A stretch of 64,000 nt of DNA from the human T2T-CHM13v2.0 reference genome, Homo sapiens, in NCBI RefSeq assembly GCF_009914755.1, contig NC_060925.1; one strand, written 5' to 3'. The notes below the pieces were generated by a model. The model had not been told where the DNA came from and did not search any database. It saw only the letters and a list, made by a program, of their open reading frames with translations. Below are positions 62,899-64,000 of this stretch, piece after piece; positions within the stretch are counted from its first letter, which is position 1; every line of letters starts with the position of its first letter. Made by a program: the position numbers and the translations under genes.

Positions 62899-64000
62899 CA
62901 ATAAATATGTTCTATAATACGCTACTTAATGATACCTATTACATTATATTGTATGGAAGTTCCATTACTTACTTAATCTGTTCTTCCTGGACATCTGATT
63001 TTTCTTTATTGTAAAATGTGACATCTTAAACATCTTTACATATTCATCTTCTTCCACGTCTTTGATTACATCCTTTGTATAGCTCTTAGTAGTGTTTTTG
63101 CTGGGTCAATGTTTTTGTAAATAAAAAAAAAATGTTAAAGACTTTAGACATGTATAACCAAAGTGCCCCAGCAAGAGATTGTAATCCGCTTACACTGCCT
63201 CCAGGAGTTTTTTGGGAGTACTTGTTTTTTCCTACCCTCTCCCACCAGATAATATGATTCTTTTTACCATTTTTAACCCATTGGATAGGAATATATTTTC
63301 ATGTTTTTATTTGCATTTCTTTGGATTTTTGAGGCTACGTATTGCAAAGCTGTTATTTTAAGGCATACCAGAGAACATGAAATCTTATTTTATCCATATT
63401 TTGGTTTTATCCATTTGCTTTGAACCCCCTGAGTCAGCTGCCCTGATGGATAGTTTTTTTTTTTTTTGGTGTGGGCTTGGCCATGATGGGGAACTTGGTT
63501 GAAAGATGAGTGAAGTTAAGGCAGTTCAAGGATGTCATACTTTTTAGAAGTACCAGACAATCAGAAAAAAGTACAGAATAGGAGAAACAAAGAAATCAAA
63601 TACTTAAAAAATATATTCCCCCAGGTCAATGCTTTGCCATGAAAAGGAGAAAAAACAGTTCTTTCTCTCTAAGCTGCAGTACCCCTTGGTCACTGTTCCA
63701 AAGCTTGGGGCAGACCATTTGTCCTATACTATGGCTACATGTGGATGAAGTCATTTTTGTGTGGTCTTTTAAGACTGAAGGTACTAATCACAATTTTAAC
63801 ATTGCTTCTCCAGAAAAATACTTTCTGAGTTACGAACTTTGGGGACACAAACCTATTGGTCATTTGGAGATCTAGTTTCCCTTTTATTTTTCTAAATTAA
63901 ACATTAAACAAGACAATCTGAGCTTTGCCTTTTTTTCTTTTGGGTAACTTGATTTCCCAATTATAAATAATGATTATTTAATGTCTGTTAATTCTTTCAC

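Overview
Primate (very likely human or great-ape) non-coding genomic DNA, probably part of a large intron. I can support no cellular protein-coding exon, RNA gene or CRISPR array; the supplied ORFs are transposon read-throughs or chance ORFs. The window opens inside a minus-strand SVA (1-1315). It contains 14 Alus, many MIR/L2 relics, MER5A, MER33 and MER104-like DNA transposons, and MLT1/LTR33 solo LTRs. The L1 content is a near full-length old L1 (minus, ~52.9-58.4 kb), a 3-kb L1PA8A-like piece (plus) and smaller fragments. The main structure is a ~6.2-kb two-LTR, apparently env-less class III (ERVL, MER74/HERVL74-like) provirus at ~15957-22165 on the minus strand. It has a decayed Ser-type PBS and readable gag, protease, RT, RNase H and integrase relics, and it sits inside an L2. 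Smaller oddities are a 49-bp dispersed duplication between the provirus and flanking unique DNA, a candidate 7-nt microexon, a candidate 53/71-nt cassette exon, enhancer-like motif clusters, a CTCF-like site and a rearranged L1 5' junction. I found no convincing new biological system. Repeat-family calls come from remembered consensus sequences, not from a RepeatMasker run.
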